A stretch of 64,000 nt of DNA from IMG/VR virus record IMGVR_UViG_3300046314_000711. One strand, 5' to 3'. Of the stretch, positions 27,790-39,310 are shown piece after piece. The position numbers were made by a program, and so were the translations under genes. The stretch comes from a virus. Numbering within the stretch: position 1 is the stretch's first letter; every line of letters starts with the position of its first letter. Below the pieces are notes generated by a model. It did not search any database. It saw only the letters and a program-made list of their open reading frames with translations, and was not told the origin of the DNA.

Positions 27790-28548
27790 ATTGCACCAGC
27801 TTTTGATCAGTCGTAGTGGCTATTTATACCGAGGGTACTTGTGGTTGAGCCCATTTACCAAATTCACTATATTAGACAACACGCTTCACTACTTTAAAGC
27901 AAAATTTATGACAACAATTGCTCAACAAATCGCAAATCTCCGCGCCGCATTGTTCCAACGAGACTGTACAATGGAATATGTTGACGACGTTCAGAATGGT
28001 GTCATTGCGACCCTAAATCAACAATGGGTTCCACTGACTGCAGAACAACAAGCTGCAAACTCTGCTGCACAATGACTGATATCATCCAAACGAAATCTAT
28101 GAACGGAGTCGTGTTCACTCTCGGACAATCTGTTCTGCGTCCGCTAGTACACGGACGTAGTGCATTCATTGAACAACGAACTGTCACACGGATTGAAAAC
28201 GGTCGCCTGTACCTCGACAACAGCAAGGTAGCAATCAACTGTCCAGAAAGACTGTGGGTACTTTAATGCTAAATGAAATGATGCAAAATCGCATTGCAGC
28301 ACTTGTGGTTGCAGTGCACGAAACTGAATACTACACCAACCTATTCGAGCGTGTATGTGGACCCGCTACGTATCACCTACACACAAATCCGAATGCAATT
28401 TCATTGCTGAATAACTTTTGGTTCGCTTTACCAGATAGCAAGTCTATCCGCACGCCAGTGTTCTTTCAATTGTGTAACATTATTGAAGATGCAGGTGAGG
28501 TTGATGAATACGACGACCGGTACAGTGCACCATTCTAATTTACAACAT

Positions 28549-29295
28549 ATGAAAAACCTAATTAAAAAACTCTGGACACGCAATGGGACTCCACTGCACA
28601 AATCCGTCAAGTGGGTGGTACAGGATCAGTACAGCAAGCTCGTGCGCGATATCGAAATTCGACTAGTGAAATGGCAGGGTGGGTATAAGTGCGTTGATTG
28701 TGGTACGACTGATACGCGGTTCAAATCCGGTCTGTATGAAGGTAATGTCAACGGCAAACGAATGATGGTTCAGTACACTGGAGGATACTATCATTCAATT
28801 GGTAAAACATTGTGTCCACACTGTTTGTTTGATCGCATTGAGCAATACTGGTGGGATCAACCTCCGCTGGCTCCGTCTGTGTTTGGCGATGATAACTATG
28901 CATTTACAAAAGACGAAGGTCCGTATCTATCGAACACATCCAGTGGAGTGTATCCTGGTAAGTGCTATTGGTATGGGGATGACTTATATGTTGCAGAGGG
29001 TATACGAGATTGGGATAATCCTGGTGCTAAAAAATACTTTGGGAAAGCTGTGGTCATGTTTGGTGGAGAGCACTGGAACGGTCACGCTACTAGCTTACAT
29101 GCGCTACAACAGCTACTAACAAAGACGGGTGTACTCAAGACGAACCGTTTAGTAAATTCGAAAATGACTGTTGAAGGTGCTAGTGCTATGGGTGTGCATA
29201 TCCGAATGCACTCAACGCAGTATACAGACGGCTGCGTTACTGGTGATGCTCAACCAGTAACTGAAATCATACAAAAGGTGAGACGAGATGACTGA
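28549..29295 (+). CDS. Hypothetical protein with CxxC motifs
   Basis: CVDC, CPHC; likely start MKNLIKK. Confidence 0.6.
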   Translation: MKNLIKKLWTRNGTPLHKSVKWVVQDQYSKLVRDIEIRLVKWQGGYKCVDCGTTDTRFKSGLYEGNVNGKRMMVQYTGGYYHSIGKTLCPHCLFDRIEQYWWDQPPLAPSVFGDDNYAFTKDEGPYLSNTSSGVYPGKCYWYGDDLYVAEGIRDWDNPGAKKYFGKAVVMFGGEHWNGHATSLHALQQLLTKTGVLKTNRLVNSKMTVEGASAMGVHIRMHSTQYTDGCVTGDAQPVTEIIQKVRRDD

Positions 29296-30206
29296 ACACG
29301 AATATACTGCTTTTAAGTTTGCTGTAGTTAATCAACGCGCGATCATAGCAGCCAAGCAAGCACTTGCAGATGAGCAGCGGGAAGTACTGAAGACAATGTT
29401 GGAAGATTGTCCGCACACCGAACTGAAACGTGAAAGTTCGTACTACGAAGGCGACTACTACAACAAAGCTCACACAGAGAGTTGGAACGCCTGTACACTT
29501 TGTGGTAAGTGTAGTGAAAAAACCTTTGAGCAACTAAGTTATTACGGTTGACCGTATGTTGCAAACACAATAACTACATTGGATAGTGTATACAAATCTC
29601 ACAACACCTGTGAGTTGTTTTACAAATTTTAGGAGTACACTCAAATGAACTGTTGTGATGATTTCGGAAACTGCACTCAAGGTCGTAACTGCCCAATACG
29701 GAATGCTGCAATCGAACGACGCAATCAGCAATTAGCGGCTGATATGCAGACTCAGACAGAGCGGTATGTATCTTGGATTTCAGACAAAGGTCTTGGAATG
29801 CTGATGTGTTTGGGAAGCAGTGTCTTTGTTAGTTCCATGATTGTACTAGGTGTAGTGGTAGCATTTAGTAGTTGACCTTTTTGATTAAATAGGGTATAAT
29901 AACCCTATTGACAAACAAATAGGAGTTCAAGATGGCACGCTTTGAAGCAGTATTTGACTGTGGGGATGACGATCGTCTTGCAGAGTGGAAAGTAGTTGAG
30001 TGGACCTACGATGATGGTTACGGAAACCGCTTTGGTAGCAAAGTTGCACCCGCTAACAATAAGTTGGATGCACAGCAGCAAGCTGCTATCCTCAACGCCG
30101 CACTGGAAGTTGAGTTAAATGGTATGCAAGAATGTGAGTTTGATTGTTGACTTTTTGCTAAATAGGTATACAATATACAGTATCGCAACCAAAATAGACC
30201 CTGATT

Positions 30207-31071
30207 ATGATCGCACATACCATCCAAGAACTCTCTCGTATCATGTGGGAAATAGACCCGATGCATACATCATGTTGGGGTAATCCAGGAATGGAGAATG
30301 AGTATGAGAAGATTGCTGGGTATGCAATTCAGTTATCTGCTACCATGAGCAATGAGGAAGCGTTGAAAAAATCAATCATCGACTGGTTTGATGAATATCT
30401 GTATAATTATCACAAGGATGATATTCTAAAATGTCTATATTACAAGAAGCCCTAAACGATTTATCTGCCGCAAACTACACACCCGGACAAAGCGCTGCTG
30501 TCAACACTGTCGATGGTTGGCAAATTGTTAAATCAGGCCACGGTTTAGAGCGTAATGTCGAGCGCTCTGCTGAGCACCAAATTGATGAACTCATTGCGCG
30601 AATAGTCAAGCGCTTAAAATCTCCACTACAGCGGATCACTCGGTCTGGCTTGTATATGTTTTTTTCCAAGGGTTTAAATCGCGGTGCGATTTGTAATATT
30701 GACTTCGCAGCCCCACAGTTGCGAATTGTAACAATTCTCGACCCGGGACACGACTGGGCTCGACCTGATACTAAAAAAGTATTTATCGAGGGTGTCGCAC
30801 CTATAATGATTGAAATCGATTAATGATGCACGCCAACGTGAAAGAACTTTCGCGACTTTTACACGATGCTGACCCAATGGGTACTTGCTGCAATGTTAAC
30901 TCAGATATGGAGGACGAATATGATCAGATTGCGTCCACGATACTCGAGTATGCCGAACACATGAGTGACTCGGCAGCAGTAGAAAAAGCGATTGTATACT
31001 GGTTTGATGAATATTTGTTTAATCGCCACAAAAAAGAACTTCTCCACTGCATCCCATCTAACGAATTTTAA
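30207..31071 (+). repeat. Two paralogous 82-aa genes (30207-30455, 30823-31071) flanking 30431-30823
   Basis: ELSR.....DPM.T.C....ME.EY..IA...WFDEYL shared. Confidence 0.75.
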
Positions 31072-31359
31072 CAACCTGAAAGTCTAAACTGTTTATTACT
31101 ATTCTCGAAGTGGTTGCACTAACTGCAGTTGCTGCCATTGCTTTTGTTGCATTTGCTACAGTGTGGTTGTACAGCATCTTTGCACTATTCGGTGTGGTTG
31201 CACTACTTGGTTTAATATGGTTGGGTAACGCTCGCTTCAGTGTGACTCATAATGGAGTAAAAGTAGGCACATACACTCGTAAGGGTGGATTTCGCGAACT
31301 CTAACTGTTGACCTTTTCCTTATTTTGTGGATAATAGGGGCATCTAAGGAGAAATCGAT

Positions 31360-31827
31360 ATGTCTACCACAAATAAGATGTTTGCAAAAATGCTCAACGA
31401 TGCTATTGTAATCGCTACAAACGCACACGCTAGTCAATTCGACAAAGGTGGAAATCCCTACATTTTGCATGTGCTTGCTGTGATGCACAAACTTCGGTCT
31501 GATGATCTTGAATTGAAATCCATTGCTGCTCTGCACGACACCATAGAAGATACGGATGTTACATACGCAGATCTGCGAGCAGCAGGGATGAGCGAACGAG
31601 TTATCGACGGGGTTCGTGCGTTGACAAAACAACGCGGTCAGACTTATGAAGAGTACAAAGCTGGGGTGTTTGGAAATGTGGATGCGATGCGAGTAAAACA
31701 AAAAGACCTAATGCACAATAGCGACATTCGTCGGTTGAAAGGTGTCAGTGAAAAAGACATCGCTCGGGTTGCAAAATACATGCAATTTTATACCGAAATT
31801 GATGCAAAGTTGAAAGAAGTAGCGTGA
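31360..31827 (+). CDS. RelA/SpoT-type HD hydrolase (Mesh1/SAH-like)
   Basis: AHASQFDKGGNPYILH, ALHDTIEDT, VKQKDLMHN. Confidence 0.85.
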   Translation: MSTTNKMFAKMLNDAIVIATNAHASQFDKGGNPYILHVLAVMHKLRSDDLELKSIAALHDTIEDTDVTYADLRAAGMSERVIDGVRALTKQRGQTYEEYKAGVFGNVDAMRVKQKDLMHNSDIRRLKGVSEKDIARVAKYMQFYTEIDAKLKEVA

Positions 31828-31893
31828 CCATCACAATCCCAATAGCACTCATACTCTGTGTGAGTGTTTCTCTAATTGTTTTAAAGAAGTAAT

Positions 31894-32502
31894 ATGTTAA
31901 ATGTACAGAAATTTATTGCTACTAATGGTCTCGACTCTTTGTCGGAACAGTTTAGCATTGATATTAAGAAATACGAAAATGGGTATGTAAAGCTTAATTA
32001 CAGCCAAATTGATTCTCCAAAGTATCACCCAATTTGTGATGAGTGTAGAGGATTAGTACTGCAGATATTACCTGACAACTCGTCTGTTGTTATATCTCGT
32101 TCGTTCAATAGATTTTATAATTTTGGCGAGGGGGATACCAAATTGTTTGATTTTTCAGATTGTTCAGTATATGAAAAAGCCGATGGATCACTAGTAATGG
32201 TGTCTTGGTCACCTGTCGATAACAAATGGATCATCGGTACTCGTGGAATGCTCTATGCAGAAGGGAGTTTCGGATTTTCATTAACAGCAGCTGGTGGGAC
32301 ATTTTATGATTGGATCTTAAAAGCAATGCAACTAAATGAGTCTCAATTCCAGTCATGTATGAGTGGGTTTTCTCAAGACTACACATACGTGATGGAGTTT
32401 TGTGGAATGGCAAACAGAATTGTTACACCATATTCTGATAATTTTATGGTATTATTGGCTGTGGTGCACAATCAGACTGGAGCGGAACTTTTGTTAAATT
32501 AA
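31894..32502 (+). CDS. T4 Rnl1-like RNA ligase, N-terminal fragment
   Basis: ECRGLVL, SFNRFYNFGE, motif I EKADGSL, YVMEF...NRIV. Confidence 0.85.
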   Translation: MLNVQKFIATNGLDSLSEQFSIDIKKYENGYVKLNYSQIDSPKYHPICDECRGLVLQILPDNSSVVISRSFNRFYNFGEGDTKLFDFSDCSVYEKADGSLVMVSWSPVDNKWIIGTRGMLYAEGSFGFSLTAAGGTFYDWILKAMQLNESQFQSCMSGFSQDYTYVMEFCGMANRIVTPYSDNFMVLLAVVHNQTGAELLLN

Positions 32503-33352
32503 GTTTGCAATTATCGAAGTGCCATCGTTTCATTACACTGTCGCCACCAAGTTTTTCACAAAACGGACATTTAACTAATGGCCGTTTTGTTCCTCGAACT
32601 AATGCTGCTCTTGCTTCTACGATTGCTGCCGATATTTTTTTACCATATGAGTGATGTTTTTCTCCTCTCTTTCCGTAGTTACCGTTTTTCTCTCCAGTAT
32701 TTCGCCCACTATCTAACCAGCGTTGCTTTACTTCATCTGAAGTATGCTTCCCGTAATTTGGATTATTCTCTCCAGAGAATCTTTCACTCATTCGTTGCTT
32801 GTGCTCTTCTGTATGATGCTTCCCGAACATAGGATGTTCAGCTCCACACTTCCCAAAAGGACTACGGGTTCCATTAGCAAACTGTTCTTTCATTTTAATC
32901 GACTTTAATTCTCGTTGCTCTGGTGTTAATTGTTTGACACCATGCTTTGCGACATGTTCTTTTCTATTTTTAGACCGCAGTGCTCGTAGCTCTTCCGTCG
33001 TGGTGTATACGCGGTTTGGGAACTTTTTTCCAAAAACTCCATTCCCAACGCCTGGAGTAGATCCACCATCTATCCCATTTTCTAATATTTGGTTTGCCCA
33101 CAGAGTGGATTCAACAATGTCTTCTTGTATAGAGAAATTCATGGCAAACTCTGTCAATGATTTTTCGTCTAAAAATAAACAATACCACAGCGTTGCAACA
33201 AACTTCTTTCCGTGCTTTGCGATGTGTCGTTTCCAATGAACTCCCGACCCAACATATTTCTCTGGATCTTTTATTGTTTTACCGAAGTACAGTTTTCCAG
33301 TTTTTGTGTGCTGCTTGATGTATAAAAAAGTCGGTACGAATGTTGTTGACAC
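32444..33352 (-). CDS. GIY-YIG homing endonuclease with NUMOD3-like repeats
   Basis: LYIKQH...LYFGKT...YVGSG; repeated PMFGKHHTEE/PNYGKHTSDE. Confidence 0.85.
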   Translation of the reverse strand: MSTTFVPTFLYIKQHTKTGKLYFGKTIKDPEKYVGSGVHWKRHIAKHGKKFVATLWYCLFLDEKSLTEFAMNFSIQEDIVESTLWANQILENGIDGGSTPGVGNGVFGKKFPNRVYTTTEELRALRSKNRKEHVAKHGVKQLTPEQRELKSIKMKEQFANGTRSPFGKCGAEHPMFGKHHTEEHKQRMSERFSGENNPNYGKHTSDEVKQRWLDSGRNTGEKNGNYGKRGEKHHSYGKKISAAIVEARAALVRGTKRPLVKCPFCEKLGGDSVMKRWHFDNCKLNLTKVPLQSDCAPQPIIP

Positions 33353-33399
33353 TTATTGCTGTCCTTATAATTGCATTGTTATGGACTATTTATACTAAA

Positions 33400-33933
33400 A
33401 TGAAAACCTTACCTCAAATCTGCGCTCAATTGCAGCAACAGGGAATGAATATTCGATTGCCGTTTACGTATGCTGCTACAGATGGTGCGGCGTTGGTAAA
33501 GTTAGCCAATGATCTACCAAGACTACAAGAGGGGTTCGTTGTATACGATAACAAATCTGGCCGTCGGTTAAAAATCAAGAGTTCGGTGTATGTTGCTGTC
33601 CACCACCTGCGAGGAAATGGAATTCCATCACAAGGTAAGTTGATGGAATTAGTACTTAAAAACGAACAAGCCGAGCTGCTAACATACTTCGCAGAATTTT
33701 CTGAATATGTGGCACCTATCGAGCAAGCACTTGAAATATTACTCACTGAAGCTGACCAACTGGTCGAGGCTACTCACGATCTACCGACTCAAAAAGACTT
33801 TGCGCTAGCAGTAAAGGATACTCCTCTTGCTCCACTGCTGTTTAAGACTCGGGCACTGCATAGTGGAGCTCGTCATACTTTCAGCCAATTAGACATCAAC
33901 CTACAATGTAAGATATTGGGGAAATTCCTATGA
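33400..33933 (+). CDS. T4 Rnl1-like RNA ligase, C-terminal fragment
   Basis: Motif IV QEGFVV and motif V RLKIKSSVYVAVHH; likely start MKTLPQ. Confidence 0.8.
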   Translation: MKTLPQICAQLQQQGMNIRLPFTYAATDGAALVKLANDLPRLQEGFVVYDNKSGRRLKIKSSVYVAVHHLRGNGIPSQGKLMELVLKNEQAELLTYFAEFSEYVAPIEQALEILLTEADQLVEATHDLPTQKDFALAVKDTPLAPLLFKTRALHSGARHTFSQLDINLQCKILGKFL

Positions 33934-34265
33934 CATCTGAAATCACGTTGATAGAACCGACATCACTAGAGGGGAATCCAAGCGATCTTCGTGATACACT
34001 TGACATGGTAACCGAAGAATGTGCAGAAGTCATTCAAGCGATATCCAAAGTCAAGCGATTTGGACTCGATGATGGTTGGGGAAGTACGCAATCAAGTCGT
34101 CAACAACTGGAGACTGAGGTTGGTGATTTGTTGTGTCTGATCAGCATTCTTGTTGATAACAAAGTGTTAGACCGTGATGCTATCGAAGTCGCACGATTTA
34201 AAAAATCCCTCAAGATACAGTGGTGGGCCCCCAATGTTGCAAATTATTTCAAAGGTAAAATGTAA
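33930..34265 (+). CDS. MazG-like nucleotide pyrophosphohydrolase
   Basis: EECAEVIQAISK...EVGDL. Confidence 0.85.
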   Translation: MTSEITLIEPTSLEGNPSDLRDTLDMVTEECAEVIQAISKVKRFGLDDGWGSTQSSRQQLETEVGDLLCLISILVDNKVLDRDAIEVARFKKSLKIQWWAPNVANYFKGKM

Positions 34266-35403
34266 TGTATCGATTTGCAGGATATTTGATCAAGAACCCA
34301 ACCGGTGATGTGGTGCAGTATGCGCCCAATCGTGCTGTAGCAGAACAGTTTGCACAGCAGCACGGAATGTCAGTTGAGTCGATCGCTAAAGCATACGAAT
34401 GGCGCGTTGGGTGGGCTGAGTCTGCACCACAATCAGATTCAGCACCCGAACCACAGATTGATTTGCCACCTTCACAATAAAAATTGATACTAGCTATTTT
34501 GGATCACTTATGAGCTACGACTTAAATACGTTTTCAAATACTCCAGCTGGTCAGTATTTGACACGAATCATCAACGAACGCAACCCAGGTGCAATGAAGA
34601 GTTGCAGTAATCGTATTCGTACGTTTAACACGAACGTCAATGAAATTGAGCACGCTGTTGCAGATGGACACATGTCGGCGCACGTCGCTGCAAATTTATT
34701 GCGACTATTGCGAATTGACGCAACTTTGATTGAACTAGGTACTGATGTTGTGGAGGGTAAGTTCATCTCTCAACTGCTACGTAATGTGATTATTGGTCAC
34801 ATTAAGCGTGCAATCCGTCGTGTCACTACAATGCGGAAAATTGAAAGTGGTAATGTAAATCTACCAAAAGTACGCACGAAAGGTGCTCGTACTGCGCCAA
34901 CAGGTGAGTGGGATAATTTGTACAGTGTGTATAACATTCTTGGTCACACCGCTGGTGTTGAATTTGCTGATGGTAGATATTACCGTCAGTTCCCAATGTA
35001 TGAAGATTTGGAAGATGGTACTACACCAGAACTGTTAATGGAACGCAGCAATCGTCGCTGCTTGAGGCAAGGAAAGCAACACATGATGGAAAAGGAATCA
35101 AAAAATGGATAACATCTTGACCCCAAGTCATGAGAATCTGTATGCTGTCGAAGAAATCGTAGTCTTTCGTAATGTGACACTCGTTCGGGCGGATAGTGCT
35201 GAACAAGCTGCGCAGCGAGCTCAGGATGAGTGTCCGATAAATTACTTCCAACGGCATGTTGGCACCAATGTGTCTAATGTGTATAGTGTGAAAGAAGATG
35301 CAGATATCGTCAAGATTATGCAATCTACCGAACAACCAGGCATGACGCTGGAACAATTTACCGATAGCCGTGATAAATGGCTGACCTCAACTATTCTCGA
35401 ACC

Positions 35404-36222
35404 ATGAAATTCATTCGTATTAGCAGCGATACTCACTTAGAAGGCTTTTATGGCACGCCAGCTGCTAAACTCGTTGACAACTTCATTCCTGTTGATGAGC
35501 GGGATAGCGAGAGCGTGCTTGTATTGGCAGGTGATATTTCTAGCAGACCAAACCAAGCAGCACAGTTTATCAAACAACTGGAAGACCGCTTCATTAAGGT
35601 AATCTACGTGTTCGGAAACCACGAGATGTATCACCACGTATACAATGATCTACCAGATCAAATGTTTGAACAGTTTCGTAAGTATGGAGTACAGAATACG
35701 CTGTGTCCTGGGAATGATGTCAAGTCATTCGTCATAGATGGTGTAAAGTTTATCGCAGGTACACTCTGGGGCGAATGCAGCCACAGACCTGACTACAATC
35801 AAGATATTCAGCGTGGTATTGCAGACTTTGAATACATTCGTGTTCGTGAGCACGGTCGGGATGATTATCGTATGACACCAGCGTACATGCGTAGGATTTC
35901 TGGCGAGCATCGTCAGTTGATTCGAAACGAACTTGCTCGTGCCAACGAAGATAAGGTGATCGTTGTGACACACCACTTGCCAACATATGATGCTGTGTCC
36001 ATGCGTTTTCGCACGAGTACTGTAAATGGTGCGTTTGTTAATAACTGTGATGACATTGTTGAACCCAACTGCGCACCCAATATGTGGATTTTTGGTCACA
36101 CACATGACCACCAAGAGTTTGTGAAGGACGGTATCCTATACGTCGCTAACCCATGCGGATACCGCGGGGAATGGGGCAACAAGTATAACAACCACATTCC
36201 GTGTATGTTTATTGAAATTTAA
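35404..36222 (+). CDS. Calcineurin-like metallophosphoesterase
   Basis: SDTHLE, LAGDI, GNHE, THH, FGHTH. Confidence 0.9.
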   Translation: MKFIRISSDTHLEGFYGTPAAKLVDNFIPVDERDSESVLVLAGDISSRPNQAAQFIKQLEDRFIKVIYVFGNHEMYHHVYNDLPDQMFEQFRKYGVQNTLCPGNDVKSFVIDGVKFIAGTLWGECSHRPDYNQDIQRGIADFEYIRVREHGRDDYRMTPAYMRRISGEHRQLIRNELARANEDKVIVVTHHLPTYDAVSMRFRTSTVNGAFVNNCDDIVEPNCAPNMWIFGHTHDHQEFVKDGILYVANPCGYRGEWGNKYNNHIPCMFIEI

Positions 36223-36638
36223 CCAGGAGTAAAATATGAAAGTCAAAGCTAATATTGAGAAACAAACCGTATCCATCAAAGGAATGACGCTAGTGCAAGC
36301 TGCTCTAATTGAGAGCTTGCTATCACACACCCGTCTTGGCGATGGTACTGCTGCCAGTGAAGCAGCATTCGAACTGCTAGAGGCGTTTGCTCAGTGTGGT
36401 GAACTTGATGCATTCGAAACAGTTAAAATTGAGGTTTGTGCAACTACAGATGATCACTGCGACAACGTCGATGTATTTCTCGCCAGCCCCATGCTGATTG
36501 TGTGTGAAGATTTGAGTTGATTTTGTGGACCAAAGTGGGTCCACCCTTAAAATGCTTCAACTTGCATGAAAAAGCTGTTGACTAATTCAAAAAAACGAGT
36601 ATAATTGACTACATCGCACGCAAACAAGGATTACTAAA

Positions 36639-37340
36639 ATGTCAGTTCTGGTCCAAATTAACGAATATCTCGACAAAACACGCAACTTGTCTATTGATGA
36701 AATCAATGCACTAATTCGTCAAATGGACCAGACTGCTGATGCACAGACTCAACAGGGTTTTGCTCACACGATCCTCGGTTACATGAAGCAAGCTGAGTTG
36801 AAAGATGAAGTTGCAACATTTGCTGCTGCAAAGTCAAAAGCAGATTCGTTGAAAGATCGTCATCGTTGGTTGTTTGTTGAGCCTACACCGGAAGTTGCTG
36901 CCGAAGAAACTGTTGAGATAGTCTCCGTACCAAAAGCAATCAAAGTCAAAACCGAGAAAAAGAGCGACATTGCAAAGCGTATCTACGCTGGTCTTGCTGA
37001 TAAAAGTAAGGAAAATGTAATGAAAGTTTTTCAGAAAGAGTTACAAACTTCTGTTCTGGGTGCTCAGACGTACTATTATGCTGCAGGTGGAGAAAAGTCT
37101 GGTAAGCGTGGACGCAAAGCAAACCCAACTGCTTTAGCTAAGGTCGCCTATGTACGTAAGACTCCAGCTGGTACTCCCACAAAGCGCGAGCAAGCTGCAA
37201 AGCTGTTCGCAAGTGCACCTGACAAATCGCGTGCTACGATCGTAGCACGATTCCAGAAAGAACTGGGACTCACTGCTGCTGGTAGTACTACATATTACTA
37301 TACAGTGGGTGGAGCCCACCTGCGTAGCGCCAAGAAGTAA
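36639..37340 (+). CDS. Early basic protein with duplicated C-terminal helical repeat
   Basis: Upstream TTGACT..TATAAT; two FQKEL...GA.TYYY repeats. Confidence 0.7.
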   Translation: MSVLVQINEYLDKTRNLSIDEINALIRQMDQTADAQTQQGFAHTILGYMKQAELKDEVATFAAAKSKADSLKDRHRWLFVEPTPEVAAEETVEIVSVPKAIKVKTEKKSDIAKRIYAGLADKSKENVMKVFQKELQTSVLGAQTYYYAAGGEKSGKRGRKANPTALAKVAYVRKTPAGTPTKREQAAKLFASAPDKSRATIVARFQKELGLTAAGSTTYYYTVGGAHLRSAKK

Positions 37341-37462
37341 CTAGATTGCACCCCAGCGGTGCATATACTTCCAAACAGCCTTAAATTCTAGGAGAGATCT
37401 GTTAGATTCAAGGCTAGTGGGCTTTCTGATTTATAACCTCTTCACTTACATAATTCGAACAC

Positions 37463-39310
37463 ATGACTACAATCGAACAATACCTCGCTGCTAAGCACGC
37501 ATACTACAACACCGATACGCCCATTATGGACGATGCATCGTTTGATGCGCTTGAGCGAACACTCGCCACTACACGTCCAGAACTACTGCTACAAATTGGT
37601 GCTCCTGAGCGTGGAGGTAAAGTTCAATTACCAGCGCCAATGGGCTCGCTGAACCAAGTATTTGACCAAGCTGAGTTAACACGGTGGGCGGCAAAATATC
37701 CTGCTGATGCAATTGCTGTCCTTACTGAAAAGATTGATGGTAATAGTGCTCTGTTGAAGTACAAAAACGGCGTCCTTATGTCATCGTTTTCACGTGGTAA
37801 CGGTATCCAAGGTGCAAACAACCTTCGTCACACTCGCCTGATGTCTAGCATCCCTCAACAAATCGGTAACAACTTCACTGGGTTGATTCGTGGCGAGATC
37901 GCTATTCTCAAACAAGACTGGGAAGAGGTTCGTGAACTTGCTACCACCCACAGTGGTAAAGATTATGCGAATGCGCGCAACTTCACGGCTGGATTCCTAA
38001 ATGGGAAAACTGGTATGAAAGGCTTGTACAAATATTTCAAGTTTGTAGCGTTTGAAATCATTGACACCAAGTTGAGTAAGCAGCAAATGATTTCCGCACT
38101 AAGTGCAGCTGGCTTCACAGTCCCAGTGACAGATGTGATCACATTGCGCAATCTAACTTTTGATATTTGCCGCAAGCTGTGTGGTGAATTGGTTGATGGA
38201 AGCAAATTTGAAGCAGACGGTATTGTGGTGGACATTGATGCACCAAGCAGCCGCGACCAATCAGTGGACTCGGATGACCTCAATCCATCTCATGCAATCA
38301 AAATCAAACCGGAAGCTGGTGCTGCCACGACAATGATAACAGAGGTGGAGTGGTGCGCTTCAAAAGATGGTCTGTTAAAACCAACCCTCCATTTTGAACC
38401 TGTGCAACTAGCCGGCGTGACAATTCGTAAAGCAAGTGGGTACAATGCGAAATATGTATTTGACAATGGGATCGGACCTGGTGCTGTTGTAATCATAAAA
38501 AGAATGGGCGATGTAATACCGAAATGTGATGAAGTAATCGTTGCAGCAGAAGTCGAAATGCCAACACACGCACAGTGGGGTGAAACGATGGTGGATCTAT
38601 ATACCACCAATGCCGCTCACCAGATTGAAATCGACAAGCAAATTCTCGAACACTTTTTTGCCAAGCTAGAAGTCGAGCACGTCGGCGCGGGCAATGTGGA
38701 GAAGTTGTATGCGTACGGCATCACCAACCCCATCGATGCGATAGCCGCCAACCAGCATGTGTACACAGAAGGTTTCGGCTCAAACGGCAAAAAGGCTCAC
38801 ACCAGTTTGCATGGCAAATTGGATTGCATCACTCCCGAACGACTGTTTGCTGCATTGGGTTCATTTGGACGCGGGATGGGAGAGCGTAAGTTAAAAGCCC
38901 TGTTCAACGTAATTCCCCACACTACCGTACTGGCTGGTAAAGTGAGTGTGGAACAGATTACCAGCATTGATGGCTTTGAGGCTAAATCTGCTCGCAAGAT
39001 CCTCGATAGCATTGACGATGCGTGCGAGCAATGGGAAGCTGTGCGATCGTATGTCACACTCACTGCTCCTAAGGCTGCTGTAACAGGTGGTGCTTTGTCC
39101 GGTCAGGTATTTTGTCCCACAGGTGTGCGTCTATCTCCTGATATGGTTGAGAAGATCACCAGCCAGGGTGGTGTGGTTACTGATACTTTCAGTAGTAAAG
39201 TGACTACTTTAGTAGCTAAAGACAAAAACAGCGGATCATCTAAAATCCAAAAAGCACTTGACAAAGGTGTTAAAGTTATTTCACTAGACCAACTGAAAGA
39301 TATGTTGTGA
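37463..39310 (+). CDS. ligA: NAD-dependent DNA ligase
   Basis: YY...MDDASFD, EKIDG, SRGNG, NARN, DGIV, GDVIP, C-terminal BRCT. Confidence 0.95.
   Translation: MTTIEQYLAAKHAYYNTDTPIMDDASFDALERTLATTRPELLLQIGAPERGGKVQLPAPMGSLNQVFDQAELTRWAAKYPADAIAVLTEKIDGNSALLKYKNGVLMSSFSRGNGIQGANNLRHTRLMSSIPQQIGNNFTGLIRGEIAILKQDWEEVRELATTHSGKDYANARNFTAGFLNGKTGMKGLYKYFKFVAFEIIDTKLSKQQMISALSAAGFTVPVTDVITLRNLTFDICRKLCGELVDGSKFEADGIVVDIDAPSSRDQSVDSDDLNPSHAIKIKPEAGAATTMITEVEWCASKDGLLKPTLHFEPVQLAGVTIRKASGYNAKYVFDNGIGPGAVVIIKRMGDVIPKCDEVIVAAEVEMPTHAQWGETMVDLYTTNAAHQIEIDKQILEHFFAKLEVEHVGAGNVEKLYAYGITNPIDAIAANQHVYTEGFGSNGKKAHTSLHGKLDCITPERLFAALGSFGRGMGERKLKALFNVIPHTTVLAGKVSVEQITSIDGFEAKSARKILDSIDDACEQWEAVRSYVTLTAPKAAVTGGALSGQVFCPTGVRLSPDMVEKITSQGGVVTDTFSSKVTTLVAKDKNSGSSKIQKALDKGVKVISLDQLKDML

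Noticed and set aside
33346-33371. Perfect TTGACA/TATAAT promoter for the ligase C fragment
   Set aside because: The spacer is only 14 bp, so it is not a credible sigma70 promoter as it stands.
32444-33400. Group I intron in the RNA ligase
   Set aside because: The endonuclease is antisense and overlaps the upstream fragment, leaving under 50 nt of non-coding sequence and no P/Q/R/S elements.
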